Shown here: positions 1 through 9,640 of the stretch, in pieces
Layout: every line of letters begins with the position of its first letter
How positions within the stretch are numbered: the stretch's first letter is position 1
Source of the DNA: Trueperaceae bacterium
GTDB lineage: Bacteria > Deinococcota > Deinococci > Deinococcales > Trueperaceae
DNA: 64,000 bases
Assembly: GCA_040905465.1 (NCBI GenBank)
Contig: JBBDRK010000017.1
Span: 8,208 to 72,207 of the forward strand
Direction of reading: 5' to 3'
Made by a program: the position numbers and the translations under genes
The notes under the pieces: generated by a model
Told to the model about the DNA's origin: nothing
Databases searched by the model: none
Seen by the model: the letters and a program-made list of their open reading frames with translations, nothing else

Positions 1-130
1 TCGAGGCAACCCCATCGATGCCGGGTCTCACCGGGGCGATCTCTCAACCCGGATCATTCAGTCGGGATCTCCTGTTTCCGCCAACGGTCTTGGCGAACGT
101 ACCGATCAATGTCGATTTGGACGCGGCAGC

Positions 131-1378
131 TTAGCGGCTCCAGACGGGGGCGCTGCCGCGGGCGACAGGGTGCAGCTGCCCGGTCAAGGTCACCACGTAG
201 ATGCGTGTGATGCCGTCGTCGTCGACAATGGGCAGCACCAGCGCGTCGCTCGCGGGCGACCAGATGTCGTGGCTGAGGGTGTACTGGTCGAAGAAGGGCA
301 GAAACTGGGCTATGAAGAGCGGGCTGGGCCGGAAGGTGGCCACCTGCCACACCTTGCCGCTGGCTACCTCAGCGACGGCGAGATCGAGCAGCGGCAGGCG
401 CTGCTGCCCGTCTGCGTCGTCGGCGTCCCCACCGCCCTCGTCCCGTAACGCCGGGGTGAAGTAGGCGATACAGCAGCCGTCAGGGGACCAGAAGAAGGCG
501 ATGGCGAGCTGGGGGACCAGGGGCTCCAGCAGCCCCGACTCGGCGTCCAACAGGGAGATCGGCCCGTAGAAGTAGGGCGCCTGCCCAGGGGGGCTAATGA
601 ATGCCAGGAGGTCCGCCGTCGGACTCCAGCTGAGGGCTATCAGGCCCTGGTGGCCCACCTCGCGGGCCACCGGTTCTGCTTCGACAGCCTCCAGCTGCGG
701 ATTGCTCTGCACGACCAGGCGCCCGCGGCCGAGGGCGTCCACTGCGCCGTAGGCGATGTAACGTTCGCTGGCGGAGATCCCTGGCGCCTGGAAGAAGCCG
801 GGGGCGGCCAGGTCCCCGCCGGGCCCCTCCCCAGCGGCGTCGATGAAGGTGAGCCTGGAGCCCGGGCCAGCGAAGCCGGTATGCCTCAGCAGACCCTCCC
901 CGTCGGCTGTCCACTGCCAGTAGAAGGGTTGCCCGGTGAGCCTGAGGCGGCTCTTGGCGTCTTCCGGCGAAGCGATGTGCAGACCGATGCCGCTGGGATG
1001 GTTTGCCAGAAAGCCAAGTTGCCGGCCGTCCGGGGTCCAGTAGAGGTAGAACGGTGGCTCCTCTTGGCTGCGGTAGAGTTCCTGAGGCTCGGCGCTGGCG
1101 CTATCGGCAACCGTGTAGACGGCGCCCCCCGCGGTATCTGCCCCGATGACGGCCAGGGTGGTGCCGTCAGGGGACCAGGCCGGAAACTGAAACTGCCGAC
1201 CCGGCTCGGTGAGGATCCGCAGCTCGCTGCCGTCCGGGGCCACCGTCGCCACGCGCCCGTCGGGATCGATGAAGGCGATGCGCCCCTGATCTTGGGCTAG
1301 GCTCAGGCTCAGGTGCGACAGGAGCAAGACGGCTAGCAGGACCGGCACTCCCCCGAAGGCTCGTCCGGTTGTGCTCAC
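131..1378 (-). CDS. Secreted TolB-like/PD40 beta-propeller protein
   Basis: N-terminal signal peptide ending SLSLAQ; repeated WSPDG/WTPDG/WSP blades. Confidence 0.8.
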   Translation of the reverse strand: MSTTGRAFGGVPVLLAVLLLSHLSLSLAQDQGRIAFIDPDGRVATVAPDGSELRILTEPGRQFQFPAWSPDGTTLAVIGADTAGGAVYTVADSASAEPQELYRSQEEPPFYLYWTPDGRQLGFLANHPSGIGLHIASPEDAKSRLRLTGQPFYWQWTADGEGLLRHTGFAGPGSRLTFIDAAGEGPGGDLAAPGFFQAPGISASERYIAYGAVDALGRGRLVVQSNPQLEAVEAEPVAREVGHQGLIALSWSPTADLLAFISPPGQAPYFYGPISLLDAESGLLEPLVPQLAIAFFWSPDGCCIAYFTPALRDEGGGDADDADGQQRLPLLDLAVAEVASGKVWQVATFRPSPLFIAQFLPFFDQYTLSHDIWSPASDALVLPIVDDDGITRIYVVTLTGQLHPVARGSAPVWSR

Positions 1379-1469
1379 GCCACCAGTCTAGCGGCCCCCG
1401 GGCGGCCAAGGCCATGTTCTGCCGAGGCTTCTACGCTCACTTGCCTTCAGGGGGCTTCGCTCAAAGCCC

Positions 1470-1868
1470 TCAGGTAGCGGCGAATGGAGGTTCGAGATCA
1501 CGGAACATCGGAAAGTGACGAACGTTGAGGGTGGCTAGGTCGAGTCCTCGTGTTTGCGATGTTGCTGCAATGAGATAGTCGCCAAGGCCGATACCGGCGT
1601 GGCTTCGCCGGTAATTACGCATCAGCTCACCGGCCCTACGAGCTATGAGCTCAGTCACTGGTTCTGCGCGCAAGGAGCCGAGCAACGCCCATACTTCGCG
1701 CCGCTCGGGTGACCGCATGCCGCCAGTCAGTTCGGCGACTGTCACGACACTCACGGCAAGCGGACCACCGATACGGGCTTGCTTCAGCCAGTCGCGGGCC
1801 CTTTCTGCGCCTCGGAGATGCGCAATGAGCACGTCGGTATCGACCAGGGTCAAAGGGTTTGCCGCCAC
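1470..1868 (-). CDS. vapC: PIN-domain VapC toxin
   Basis: LVDTDVLI...VTVAEL...LGDYLIAAT...TLNVRHF PIN motifs; overlaps upstream antitoxin. Confidence 0.9.
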   Translation of the reverse strand: MAANPLTLVDTDVLIAHLRGAERARDWLKQARIGGPLAVSVVTVAELTGGMRSPERREVWALLGSLRAEPVTELIARRAGELMRNYRRSHAGIGLGDYLIAATSQTRGLDLATLNVRHFPMFRDLEPPFAAT

Positions 1869-2107
1869 ATGCGCGTCAAGTGCTTCTCCCGGTCGCCGGT
1901 TTCTCGCGAAGGGGCATCGACGTGCTCGAGGACGGCGAAGGAGCTCTCGATTGCCGCCAGGTCGCCGGCGAGATCATCGTCTCGTTCGACCAATGCCCTG
2001 TCCAGAAGGCGCCTTATCAATTCTGCCCGCGACACGCCCTCTTCGGATGCAAGCCGGTCGAGCCTCTCGGTCTGCCGCTCCTCGAGGTAGATATTCGTCC
2101 GTCGCAT
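1850..2107 (-). CDS. vapB: CopG/ribbon-helix-helix antitoxin (VapB)
   Basis: MRRTNIYL...LDRLASEEGVSRAELIRRLLD RHH; start at 2107 chosen because TATGAT lies 7 nt upstream; GGTGTATG direct repeats at 2105-2112 and 2117-2124. Confidence 0.85.
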   Translation of the reverse strand: MRRTNIYLEERQTERLDRLASEEGVSRAELIRRLLDRALVERDDDLAGDLAAIESSFAVLEHVDAPSRETGDREKHLTRMWRQTL

Positions 2108-2241
2108 ACACCGCATCATACACCATCTTCAGCGTCGGGCCCGTCGTTGCTCGTGCGCCAGGAACAGATCCGCCGTCGGTATAGATGTCAGGACGCTCGT
2201 CAATCGCCTGCTCGAGCGTGGGTTCGAGCTCACAGTTGTTC

Positions 2242-2290
2242 TTGAATCACAATTTTGCCTCCCTATACTCTGCGAAAAGAGTCAGTGACT
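2242..2290 (+). promoter_or_regulatory. Putative promoter (TTGAAT-N16-TATACT) with palindrome AGTCAGTGACT
   Basis: Hexamers at 2242-2247 and 2264-2269; perfect inverted repeat 2280-2290 upstream of the FadR-like gene. Confidence 0.5.
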
Positions 2291-2328
2291 AGGTGACTTG
2301 TTCTTCTCTCTCCGAAGAGGGTGTCGTC

Positions 2329-2826
2329 TTGAAGTTCGAGGTGTCAGCTTGGACCGGCCAGCGTTCATCGCTTACCGAAAGCTTGGGCCGGGAGGTGTTG
2401 AGGCTCATAAAGGCGGAGGAACTCGGTCCCGGCGACCGCCTGCCCAGCGTCAAGAAGCTGGCCGAACGGTTCTCCGTCGCCACGCCCACCATGCGCGAGG
2501 CGCTAAGGCTGCTGCAGATGGCCGGCAACATCGACATCCGGCACGGGTCGGGAATCTACGTGCGCGACGGGATCTCCCGGCTTGTCCTCGCCAACCCCTA
2601 TCCCGGCGACCTCGACGTCGACACCATCCTCAACCTGCTCCGCACCCGACTGCTGATAGAGCCGCCGGTGGCCGAACTCTCGGCAATCGCCGGGACTGAA
2701 GGTGCCTTCGACGAGCTCGAGGGGTTGCTCGCCGAAGCCGAGCGCCACCTGGCCGGCGACCAGGTGGCGGACGGCGTCCTCGGGCTGGCGAACATGAAGT
2801 TCCACCGGGTGGTCGTTGGCGGCTGA
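2329..2826 (+). pseudogene. FadR/GntR regulator, C-terminally truncated
   Basis: wHTH LGPGDRLPSVKKLAERFSVATPTMREAL...RHGSGIYV; FCD domain stops shortly after NMKFH. Confidence 0.75.
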
Positions 2827-2827
2827 G

Positions 2828-2910
2828 CAGCACACCTTCACCGTGCGCTGCTTCGATGGCAGCGGCGAACCGCAGATCGCCGAGCGAAACCGGGATGGTC
2901 CCAGTGGGCG
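2828..2910 (+). pseudogene. Possible C-terminal remnant of a sulfite-oxidase-like molybdopterin oxidoreductase
   Basis: QHTFTVRCFDGSGEPQIAE resembles the H-x-x-x-VR-x-x-DG-x-G-x-x-Q dimerisation-domain tail. Confidence 0.4.
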
Positions 2911-3007
2911 GGTCGGGGCTAGATCTGGAATGGTGCCGCAGACGGGTGCGGAAGCTCTGGTAAGGGCGTCCTGCGCATCGACGCGGGCGGGTCACTCTCG
3001 CTATCCC

Positions 3008-3598
3008 TCACTCGCCGAATGGGTCGTTCATCGAGATCGACCACACCGCCCGACAAACATCCGAGGTCCGGTTGATCCAACTGTGGTGCAGGATGCTGGG
3101 GAAGGAGATGGTGTCGAACCTCCTGAGGGGGTAGATTTTGCCGCTGACGGTGAACTCGATCTCACCCTCGATCACGATTCCCTGCTCGAAGCCCTCATGG
3201 GGCTCGTGTGGGATGCGGGTGGAGCCGCGCTCGGCGCCCGCTTCCGCCTCAAACAGGAACAGCTTCTGCTGCCTCGAGTATGGCGAGGCTAGCACCGTGA
3301 AAGTGACTCCCTCGTAGGAATAGATGCGTTTGTGGTTGTAAGCGACCGGGTCCGGGTTGGGGTCGATCTCGTGGCTGAAGAGGTATGCGACGGGGACGCC
3401 CAGGGCCTCGGAGATCTGCCGCAGTGAGTTGATCGAGGGGTTGCCGTTGCCCGACTCGATCTTGCTGATCATCGCCGTACTGAGTGAAGACAGCTTGCCC
3501 AACTCCTCGAGGGTCATCTGCCGATTCCGGCGAAGGGTGCGGATAGCCTCACCTAGCGAGGAAACACGGTCGACCTCGTTTACTCTGCGTCTTTGCAT
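3008..3598 (-). CDS. XRE-family HTH regulator with cupin sensor domain
   Basis: IRTLRRNRQMTLEELG...ISKIESGNGNPSINSL HTH plus cupin HEGFEQGIVIEG...H motifs. Confidence 0.9.
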   Translation of the reverse strand: MQRRRVNEVDRVSSLGEAIRTLRRNRQMTLEELGKLSSLSTAMISKIESGNGNPSINSLRQISEALGVPVAYLFSHEIDPNPDPVAYNHKRIYSYEGVTFTVLASPYSRQQKLFLFEAEAGAERGSTRIPHEPHEGFEQGIVIEGEIEFTVSGKIYPLRRFDTISFPSILHHSWINRTSDVCRAVWSISMNDPFGE

Positions 3599-3611
3599 CG
3601 GCCTGATTCTC

Positions 3612-3946
3612 CTAGAAGGCGTAAGGCTCGTACCGTAACCGGTAGAGGAGGAGTTCCTGGATCCGGAAGACCTCTTCCGGGTGCGAGGTGAAGGCGACAG
3701 TGCGAGGCGCCAGGCGCTCTACGCCGGGCACGAGCGTGGCGGCGTCTGCCATGTCGGTACGGAGGAAGTCTACTTCGAACGTCAGCTTCGCGGGGCCCTC
3801 GACCGGTTTCATCTCCCTCAGGCGACCGCCAATCTCATCAGCCGCCGGGCCATCTCGAACTCCGGTTCACCGAGGCGCGGTTGCAAGGGCCCCACGACAC
3901 CTGCCACGCCCTCGATGTCCACCGATATGAAGACCTTGTTGTTCAT
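3612..3946 (-). pseudogene. dppA: M55 (DppA-type) D-aminopeptidase with large internal deletion
   Basis: N-terminus KVFISVDIEGVAGVV joined out of frame near 3837 to the C-terminal FEVDFLRTDMADAATLVPGVERLAPRTVAF. Confidence 0.8.
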
Positions 3947-4013
3947 GTCGTCCTTCCGGATCCTTGTTTGTGCTTCGAGGGGTCGGGTCGAGAGTGACAA
4001 GGCAGGCGGCTGA

Positions 4014-4856
4014 CTAACCCACGCTCCGCGGGTCAAGCAGGTCCCGCAACCAGTCGCCGACGAAGTTGAAGCCCATGACCGTCACCGCGATCGCCAGGCC
4101 CGGGAAGGTCGTGAGCCACCAGGCCAGGTTGATCAGGTTCCGGCCCTCCTGCAGCATCGATCCCCACGACGCGATCTTGGGCGGTACCCCCAGTCCCAGG
4201 AACGAGAGGCCGGACTCGAGCAGAATCACGAATCCCAGTTCGAGAGTGGCCACCACCAGGACAGGACTCATGACGTTGGGCAGCAGATAGCGGTGCACGA
4301 TCCGGCTGTCCTTCGCCCCGGAAGCGCGAGCCGCCAGCACGAAGTCGCGTTCTTTGACCTCGAGAGTTTGGGCGAAGGCGATGCGCGTGAACTGGACCCA
4401 TCTTATGGCGACGAAGGTGAATATCAGGTTCACGAGGCTCGAGCCCAGGACACTTATTATCACCAGGGCGAAGAGAATGAACGGGATAGCCAGCATGATG
4501 TCGACCAGCCGCATGATGATGTTCTGCACCAACGGGCCGGAGTATCCGGCCACTACGCCCAAGAGCGTCCCCAACACCCCGTAACCGAGGACGGCGAAGC
4601 AGGCGGTTATCAGCGAAATCCGCGAACCGTAGATGATCCGGCTGAGGATGTCGCGGCCGATCTTGTCGGTACCCAGGAGGTGCGCAGTGGAGCCTCCGTC
4701 ACTCCATGCCGGCGGTGCCAGGGTATTGAAGAGATCGGTGGCGTTGGGGTCGAACGGGGCCAGCCATGGCGCGAAGAGCGCACAGAGGACGACCATGGCC
4801 ACGATCAGGAGGCCGATTATGCCAGTGGGACCGAGACGGAGTCTCCGAAGCGCCAT
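4014..4856 (-). CDS. Peptide/nickel ABC permease (DppC/OppC-like)
   Basis: HLLGTDKIGRDILSRIIYGSRISL; ESGLSFLGLG; GDWLRDLLDPR. Confidence 0.92.
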   Translation of the reverse strand: MALRRLRLGPTGIIGLLIVAMVVLCALFAPWLAPFDPNATDLFNTLAPPAWSDGGSTAHLLGTDKIGRDILSRIIYGSRISLITACFAVLGYGVLGTLLGVVAGYSGPLVQNIIMRLVDIMLAIPFILFALVIISVLGSSLVNLIFTFVAIRWVQFTRIAFAQTLEVKERDFVLAARASGAKDSRIVHRYLLPNVMSPVLVVATLELGFVILLESGLSFLGLGVPPKIASWGSMLQEGRNLINLAWWLTTFPGLAIAVTVMGFNFVGDWLRDLLDPRSVG

Positions 4857-4864
4857 GGCCTCCC

Positions 4865-5782
4865 CTACTCGAGCTGCACCTGCGGGTTGAGCGCCGCATA
4901 CATGACGTCCACCAACAGGTTGATGAAGGAGAAGAGGAAGGCGGCGACGAGTGCGACCGCCTGCACGACAGGGAAGTCCCGGTTGTAGACGGCGTTGACC
5001 GCCAGACGGCCCATCCCCGGCCAGGCGAAGACTACCTCGGTGAGGACCGCGCCACCCAGCAGCCCGCCCAACTGCAGGCCGACCATCGTAACGATGGGTA
5101 TCGCCGCGTTTCTCAGGACATGCTTGTAGAGCACCGACCGCTCACGCACGCCTTTGGCACGTGCCACCCGCACGTAATCCTGGCTGAGTACCTCGAGGAC
5201 CGCGGAGCGCGTGAGTCGCGCGATCCGTGCCATCGAGTAGATTGCCAAGGTGCTGGCGGGCAGGACGAGGGCGTTGATCGAGCCCCCGCCCATCGACGGG
5301 AACCAGCGGAGGTTCACGCTGAACACGAGGATCGCCAGCAGCCCCAGCCAGTAAACGGGCATCGCCTGGCCGACCAGGCTTAATCCCGTCGCAAGCGTGT
5401 CTACCCAGGTGTTGCGGTTCACCGCCGCCAGCACGCCAAGGGGGATGGCCAGCACTACCGCGATGAGGAGCGCCGTGGCCGCGAGGAGCGCGGTCCTGGG
5501 CAGCCGCGCCAGCACCAGGCCCAAGGCAGGTTGCTTGTACTGGAATGACTGCCCGATGTCACCTTGCAGCGCCTGCCCGATGAAGCGGACGTACTGCACC
5601 GGTAGCGGAGCGTCGAGGCCGAGTTCGTGGCGCAACTGCTGCCTGATGACAGGGGGCGTGTCCAACGGCAGGAGAAGGTTGGTGGGGTCGCCGGAGAGCC
5701 TCTGCAGGAAGAATACGACCGTCATCACTCCGAAGATGACGATAACGACGAGGCCAAGTCGCCGTGCCAGATAGGAGAACAT
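4865..5782 (-). CDS. Peptide/nickel ABC permease (DppB/OppB-like)
   Basis: MFSYLARRL start at 5782 (TGATG coupling); DYVRVARAKG; TEVVFAWPGMG. Confidence 0.92.
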   Translation of the reverse strand: MFSYLARRLGLVVIVIFGVMTVVFFLQRLSGDPTNLLLPLDTPPVIRQQLRHELGLDAPLPVQYVRFIGQALQGDIGQSFQYKQPALGLVLARLPRTALLAATALLIAVVLAIPLGVLAAVNRNTWVDTLATGLSLVGQAMPVYWLGLLAILVFSVNLRWFPSMGGGSINALVLPASTLAIYSMARIARLTRSAVLEVLSQDYVRVARAKGVRERSVLYKHVLRNAAIPIVTMVGLQLGGLLGGAVLTEVVFAWPGMGRLAVNAVYNRDFPVVQAVALVAAFLFSFINLLVDVMYAALNPQVQLE

Positions 5783-7188
5783 CAGCCCTTCCCGAACTCG
5801 AAGAGGAAGGAGACCATCGAGCGGTAGAAGGGGCGGAGGTCCTCGAGGTAGATGTATTCGTTGGGTGAGTGCGAGCGGCCGCCGCGGCCGACGCCGCCGA
5901 AGGCGAAGGGTATGCCGACGACCTCGGAGAAGAGGTGGAGGGGGGCGGCTCCGGCGTGGAGTGGGTAAACGACCAGGTCGTCGGTCTGCTCCCGACACGC
6001 TTCGAGGAGGCTCTGCACCACCGCCTGGTCGACGTCCACCTTGGCCGCCGGGTAGGCGGTCTTGACATCCATCTGAACATGTCCGAAGCCCCTCCTATCG
6101 AGGTGCTCGCGGACGAGCCGAACGACCTCCGCCGGGTCCATTCCGGGCGTCGGCCGCAGGTCGAGGTAGGCGCGAGCGCGGTGGGGGATCACCGTAGGCG
6201 GGTCCTCTCCCGGCTCGACCGCGCCCACGTCGATGGCGTCGATGTTCAGGGTCGGGTCGAACATCAGGTGGGTGAGGAGGTCCTCCGGTTCGGCGTCGTA
6301 CTTGAAGCGATGGGCACCCAGCTCCTCGAGCCAGGTCTCCCTGTCGAAGCCAAGGGCCAAGTCGGCGATCAACGTCCGGTCGTGCTCGCTGGGACCCGCC
6401 GAGACCTTGTCGAGCCCGTCTACGCTCAGACGGCCACTCTCTGTCTGAAGGCTGGTGAGTGCCTGAAGCAACTCCCAGGCGGGACTCTGAAGCCAGGCCG
6501 AATGCATGGCATGCACGTCACGTTGCACCGGGCCGCCCCAGTCGCCGCCCTCGACGCTCAGCTCGAGCATTACCAGCCCCTTGAAGCCGAGTCGGATAAT
6601 CGTCTGACCCCGGCTGTTGGTGCTGAAATAGGGGATGAAGGCAGCGTTGCAGTCGCGCAGGAAAGCCAGATTCTCCCTGATGAACGGCTCCAGCGAAGGG
6701 CTGCCTATCTCCTCCTCACCCTCTATGAGGAAACGCAGGTTCACTGGCAGCGGCACGCCTGCATCCCGAAACGCCTTGAGGACACCGAGGAAGCCGACGA
6801 GTGGCCCCTTGGAGTTGAACGCGCCTCTTCCGACAATGCGGTGCTGCCCGCTGCCGTCGGGCACGATCTCGGCAGCGAAGGGCGGGACCGACCATCCGGG
6901 CTCGGCGGCCGGCTGTACGTCATACAGCTCATAGAAGAGGAGCGTCTTCTCTGCTTTCGCTGCGCCAAGGTGACCGTAGATAATGGGCGCGACCTGCCCG
7001 GGTGAGTGCTCGACCTCTGCGCCCAAGTCCTCGAGATAGCGGCACAGCCAATCGGCCATCTCGGCGAGACCCTCCCCGGTCTTGCTTATCGAGGGCTGGC
7101 GTATGGCCGTCAAAATATCCGCAACATAGGTCGAGAAGCTCACTTCCAGCTGCTCCAGGACCCTTTCCTTGTCGCTTTGCATCCTCAT
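5782..7188 (-). CDS. M20/M25/M40 family metallopeptidase or deacylase
   Basis: YDVQP, GRGAFNSKG, EGEEEIGS, HSPNE; first His ligand and the DD motif are divergent. Confidence 0.85.
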   Translation of the reverse strand: MRMQSDKERVLEQLEVSFSTYVADILTAIRQPSISKTGEGLAEMADWLCRYLEDLGAEVEHSPGQVAPIIYGHLGAAKAEKTLLFYELYDVQPAAEPGWSVPPFAAEIVPDGSGQHRIVGRGAFNSKGPLVGFLGVLKAFRDAGVPLPVNLRFLIEGEEEIGSPSLEPFIRENLAFLRDCNAAFIPYFSTNSRGQTIIRLGFKGLVMLELSVEGGDWGGPVQRDVHAMHSAWLQSPAWELLQALTSLQTESGRLSVDGLDKVSAGPSEHDRTLIADLALGFDRETWLEELGAHRFKYDAEPEDLLTHLMFDPTLNIDAIDVGAVEPGEDPPTVIPHRARAYLDLRPTPGMDPAEVVRLVREHLDRRGFGHVQMDVKTAYPAAKVDVDQAVVQSLLEACREQTDDLVVYPLHAGAAPLHLFSEVVGIPFAFGGVGRGGRSHSPNEYIYLEDLRPFYRSMVSFLFEFGKG

Positions 7189-7201
7189 CCTGAATCCGGA
7201 A

Positions 7202-7234
7202 GAGGTAGGGGGAAGTCGTGCTACCCCCTACCTC
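7202..7234 (-). terminator. Intergenic hairpin after the binding-protein gene (mRNA stabiliser or partial terminator)
   Basis: GAGGTAGGGGG/CCCCCTACCTC 11-bp stem. Confidence 0.55.
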
Positions 7235-7259
7235 CGATCGGTGAACGAAACGCTTTGGG

Positions 7260-8780
7260 CTAGTCGGTCGCCATCTCGTAGGCGTTGATAACACCATCCG
7301 GGCGCGGTTGCCACTGAAGGCTTTCGTTCACGCCGTAGATCGATACCTGGGAGAGCAGGGGTACGCCGGCGGCGTCGTCGATGAGCACTTGCATCGCCTC
7401 GCCGAGTATCTGCGAGCGCTCCTCGCCCCGGGCCATGTTCGAGCTGGCGAGCAGCTCGTCGACTTCAGGATTGGAATAGGTGGAGAGGAAGCCCTCGCTG
7501 TGGAAGAAGGCATCCAGTTGGGGGTACGGGTCGATCCATACGTTTCCGTGATCGTTCAGGTAGATCGCCGACATGTCCTTGGCCTGCAGGTCTGCGAACC
7601 AGGCCCCCCACTCCTCGGAGGTAACCTCGACGTTGAGTCCGACCTCGCTCAACTGCGAGGCAAGCACCAGCGCGAGGTTCCTGAAGATCGGGTATGCCGT
7701 TGTGCTGCGGAGTACGATCTCCTGGTCGCCCAGGTCGATCTCCGAGAGGAGCTCACGTGCGCGCTCCGGGTCGTACTCGAACGTGTAGTCGTTCTCATTT
7801 GGCCAGCCTGGAGTAGCCGGGCTCATGTATGAGTTGACCGGCTCGGCGTAGCCCTTGTACAGGCCGGAGACGATCACCTCCGTATTTATGGCGTGCCCTA
7901 CCGCCGCGCGGAACTTCTGCTGGTCGGCGGGCGGGACGTCGGTGCCGAAGTTGAGCACCAGCGCACGGGTGCTGGGGGCGGTCTCGACCCGCACCTCGTC
8001 GATTCCGCTCAGGTAGTCGCCCTGTTCGGGGGAGATGCTCTCGATGAGGTCCGCCTCGCCAGTGACAAGGGCAGAGACGCGAGAAACCTCCTCCGGAACC
8101 ACGCGGAAGGTGACGCTCTCGATAGCGGCGGGTTCGCGCCAGTAGTCCGACTTCGCCTCGAGGGCGATGTGATCGTCACGCACCCACTCGACGAGCTCAT
8201 ACGGCCCGGTGCCTATCGGGTTGAGCGCGAACTGGCTATTGCCGATCTCCTGTACGTACTCGGGCGGCACCGGGTAGAGGAAGGTCAACCGCACGGGGAA
8301 GAGCGGGTCGACACTGTCGGTGGTGATCCGCAGTGTCAGCTCGTCGACTACCTCGATGCTCGTGAATGTGTTGAACCAGCGAGTGGTGGGTGCCTGAAGT
8401 TCCGGATCAAGGATTCGTTCGAGCGAGAACGCTACGGCCTGAGCGTTCAGCGGCTCGCCGTTGCTGAACATGATGCCGCCCCGCAGGTGCACCAGCCATT
8501 CGGTGTCGCTGACCTGCTCCAGCGACTCGGCCAGCCACGGCTCGAGGCTCATGTCGGGCATTCGCATCACGAGCGGATCGAAGATGTGGAGGATCAGATT
8601 TCCCGTTCGCGTGTTGTCGCGGAAGGCCGGGTCCAGTGAGGTCGCATCGACCGTCTGTGCGATGACGATCGAGTCCTCGTCGCCCTGCGCCGTGGCGGCT
8701 CCGAGTGCCATCAGGCCGCAAAGCGCCAGGAAGAGGGCGACGGTAAGCGGACCTACAGAGAAGCGCTCCATCTTCAACAT
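7260..8780 (-). CDS. Family 5 (peptide) ABC substrate-binding protein
   Basis: Signal peptide; EPWLAES, FSNGEPLNAQAVAFS, PIGTGPY; GAGGAGG RBS before ATG 8780. Confidence 0.92.
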   Translation of the reverse strand: MLKMERFSVGPLTVALFLALCGLMALGAATAQGDEDSIVIAQTVDATSLDPAFRDNTRTGNLILHIFDPLVMRMPDMSLEPWLAESLEQVSDTEWLVHLRGGIMFSNGEPLNAQAVAFSLERILDPELQAPTTRWFNTFTSIEVVDELTLRITTDSVDPLFPVRLTFLYPVPPEYVQEIGNSQFALNPIGTGPYELVEWVRDDHIALEAKSDYWREPAAIESVTFRVVPEEVSRVSALVTGEADLIESISPEQGDYLSGIDEVRVETAPSTRALVLNFGTDVPPADQQKFRAAVGHAINTEVIVSGLYKGYAEPVNSYMSPATPGWPNENDYTFEYDPERARELLSEIDLGDQEIVLRSTTAYPIFRNLALVLASQLSEVGLNVEVTSEEWGAWFADLQAKDMSAIYLNDHGNVWIDPYPQLDAFFHSEGFLSTYSNPEVDELLASSNMARGEERSQILGEAMQVLIDDAAGVPLLSQVSIYGVNESLQWQPRPDGVINAYEMATD

Positions 8781-8822
8781 TTCATTCCTCCTCGGAATTG
8801 GTTCGGGTGGTTGCATGATGGT

Positions 8823-9509
8823 CTACTTCGTCCACCTCGCAATCTTCTCGTCGAGACCGAATACCTCTGACACGTTCTTCCCTGATTCGACCTCCTTTAC
8901 GCGGTCCAACTCCCCGTGAAGGTGTTCGTCCGCCAGGTCGAGGACCCTCCGCGCGTCGTCTTTCGGCACGGCGATCACGCCATCGCGATCGCCGAGGATA
9001 ATATCTCCCGGGCTGATGGGGACGCCGCCGGACTGGATGGGCACGTTGATGGCGCCCGGGCCGGTGGAACCGAAGATCTTGATGCACACGGAGCGGCTGA
9101 AGACGGGCAGGCCAAGGTCCACGATCCCTTGCGAGTCGCGGACGGCGCCGTCTACAACGATTCCGGCAACGCCCCTGCGTTGGAAGAAGTAGGCGAGTCG
9201 CTCGCCGATGACGCAAACGTCCTTGAAGCCGGCCGCGTCGATCACGACGACGTCCCCCGGCTGAACGAAGTCGATCGCCCGCTGCACGTAGAGGGCGTCC
9301 CCCGGCTTGGTCAGCACGGTGAATGCGGGGCCGGCGATTTTCATCTCAGGGGTAAGCGGCTTGATCTCGTGATGCATCACGCCGTAGCCCCCCATCGAGT
9401 CAGCGACCTTCGCGGTCTCGTGTCGGGCGAGCCTCTCTATCAGCTCCCTTGGCGGCCGGTCGAACTCGGTCCTCTCGCAGCCATGAACGGCGTGTTTCTC
9501 GGTGGTCAT
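8823..9509 (-). CDS. RraA/HMG-aldolase family protein
   Basis: TAKVADSM, GPAFTV, GIVVDGAVRD, PGDIILGDRDGV. Confidence 0.88.
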   Translation of the reverse strand: MTTEKHAVHGCERTEFDRPPRELIERLARHETAKVADSMGGYGVMHHEIKPLTPEMKIAGPAFTVLTKPGDALYVQRAIDFVQPGDVVVIDAAGFKDVCVIGERLAYFFQRRGVAGIVVDGAVRDSQGIVDLGLPVFSRSVCIKIFGSTGPGAINVPIQSGGVPISPGDIILGDRDGVIAVPKDDARRVLDLADEHLHGELDRVKEVESGKNVSEVFGLDEKIARWTK

Positions 9510-9562
9510 CGATCCTCCTGGTGCTAGAGTCGGGGGAAAAGCTGAATCCTCGAGTCTGTCTC

Positions 9563-9590
9563 GTTTTACTGACAGTAAAACTATACACCA
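9563..9590 (-). promoter_or_regulatory. Perfect palindrome operator overlapping the -10 of the peptide ABC operon
   Basis: GTTTTACTG-A-CAGTAAAAC at 9563-9581; TATAGT on the minus strand at 9585-9580. Confidence 0.7.
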
Positions 9591-9640
9591 GAAGTAGAAT
9601 GTATGGATTGTTCGCGGTGGGTCGATCCGGACGAGTGAGC

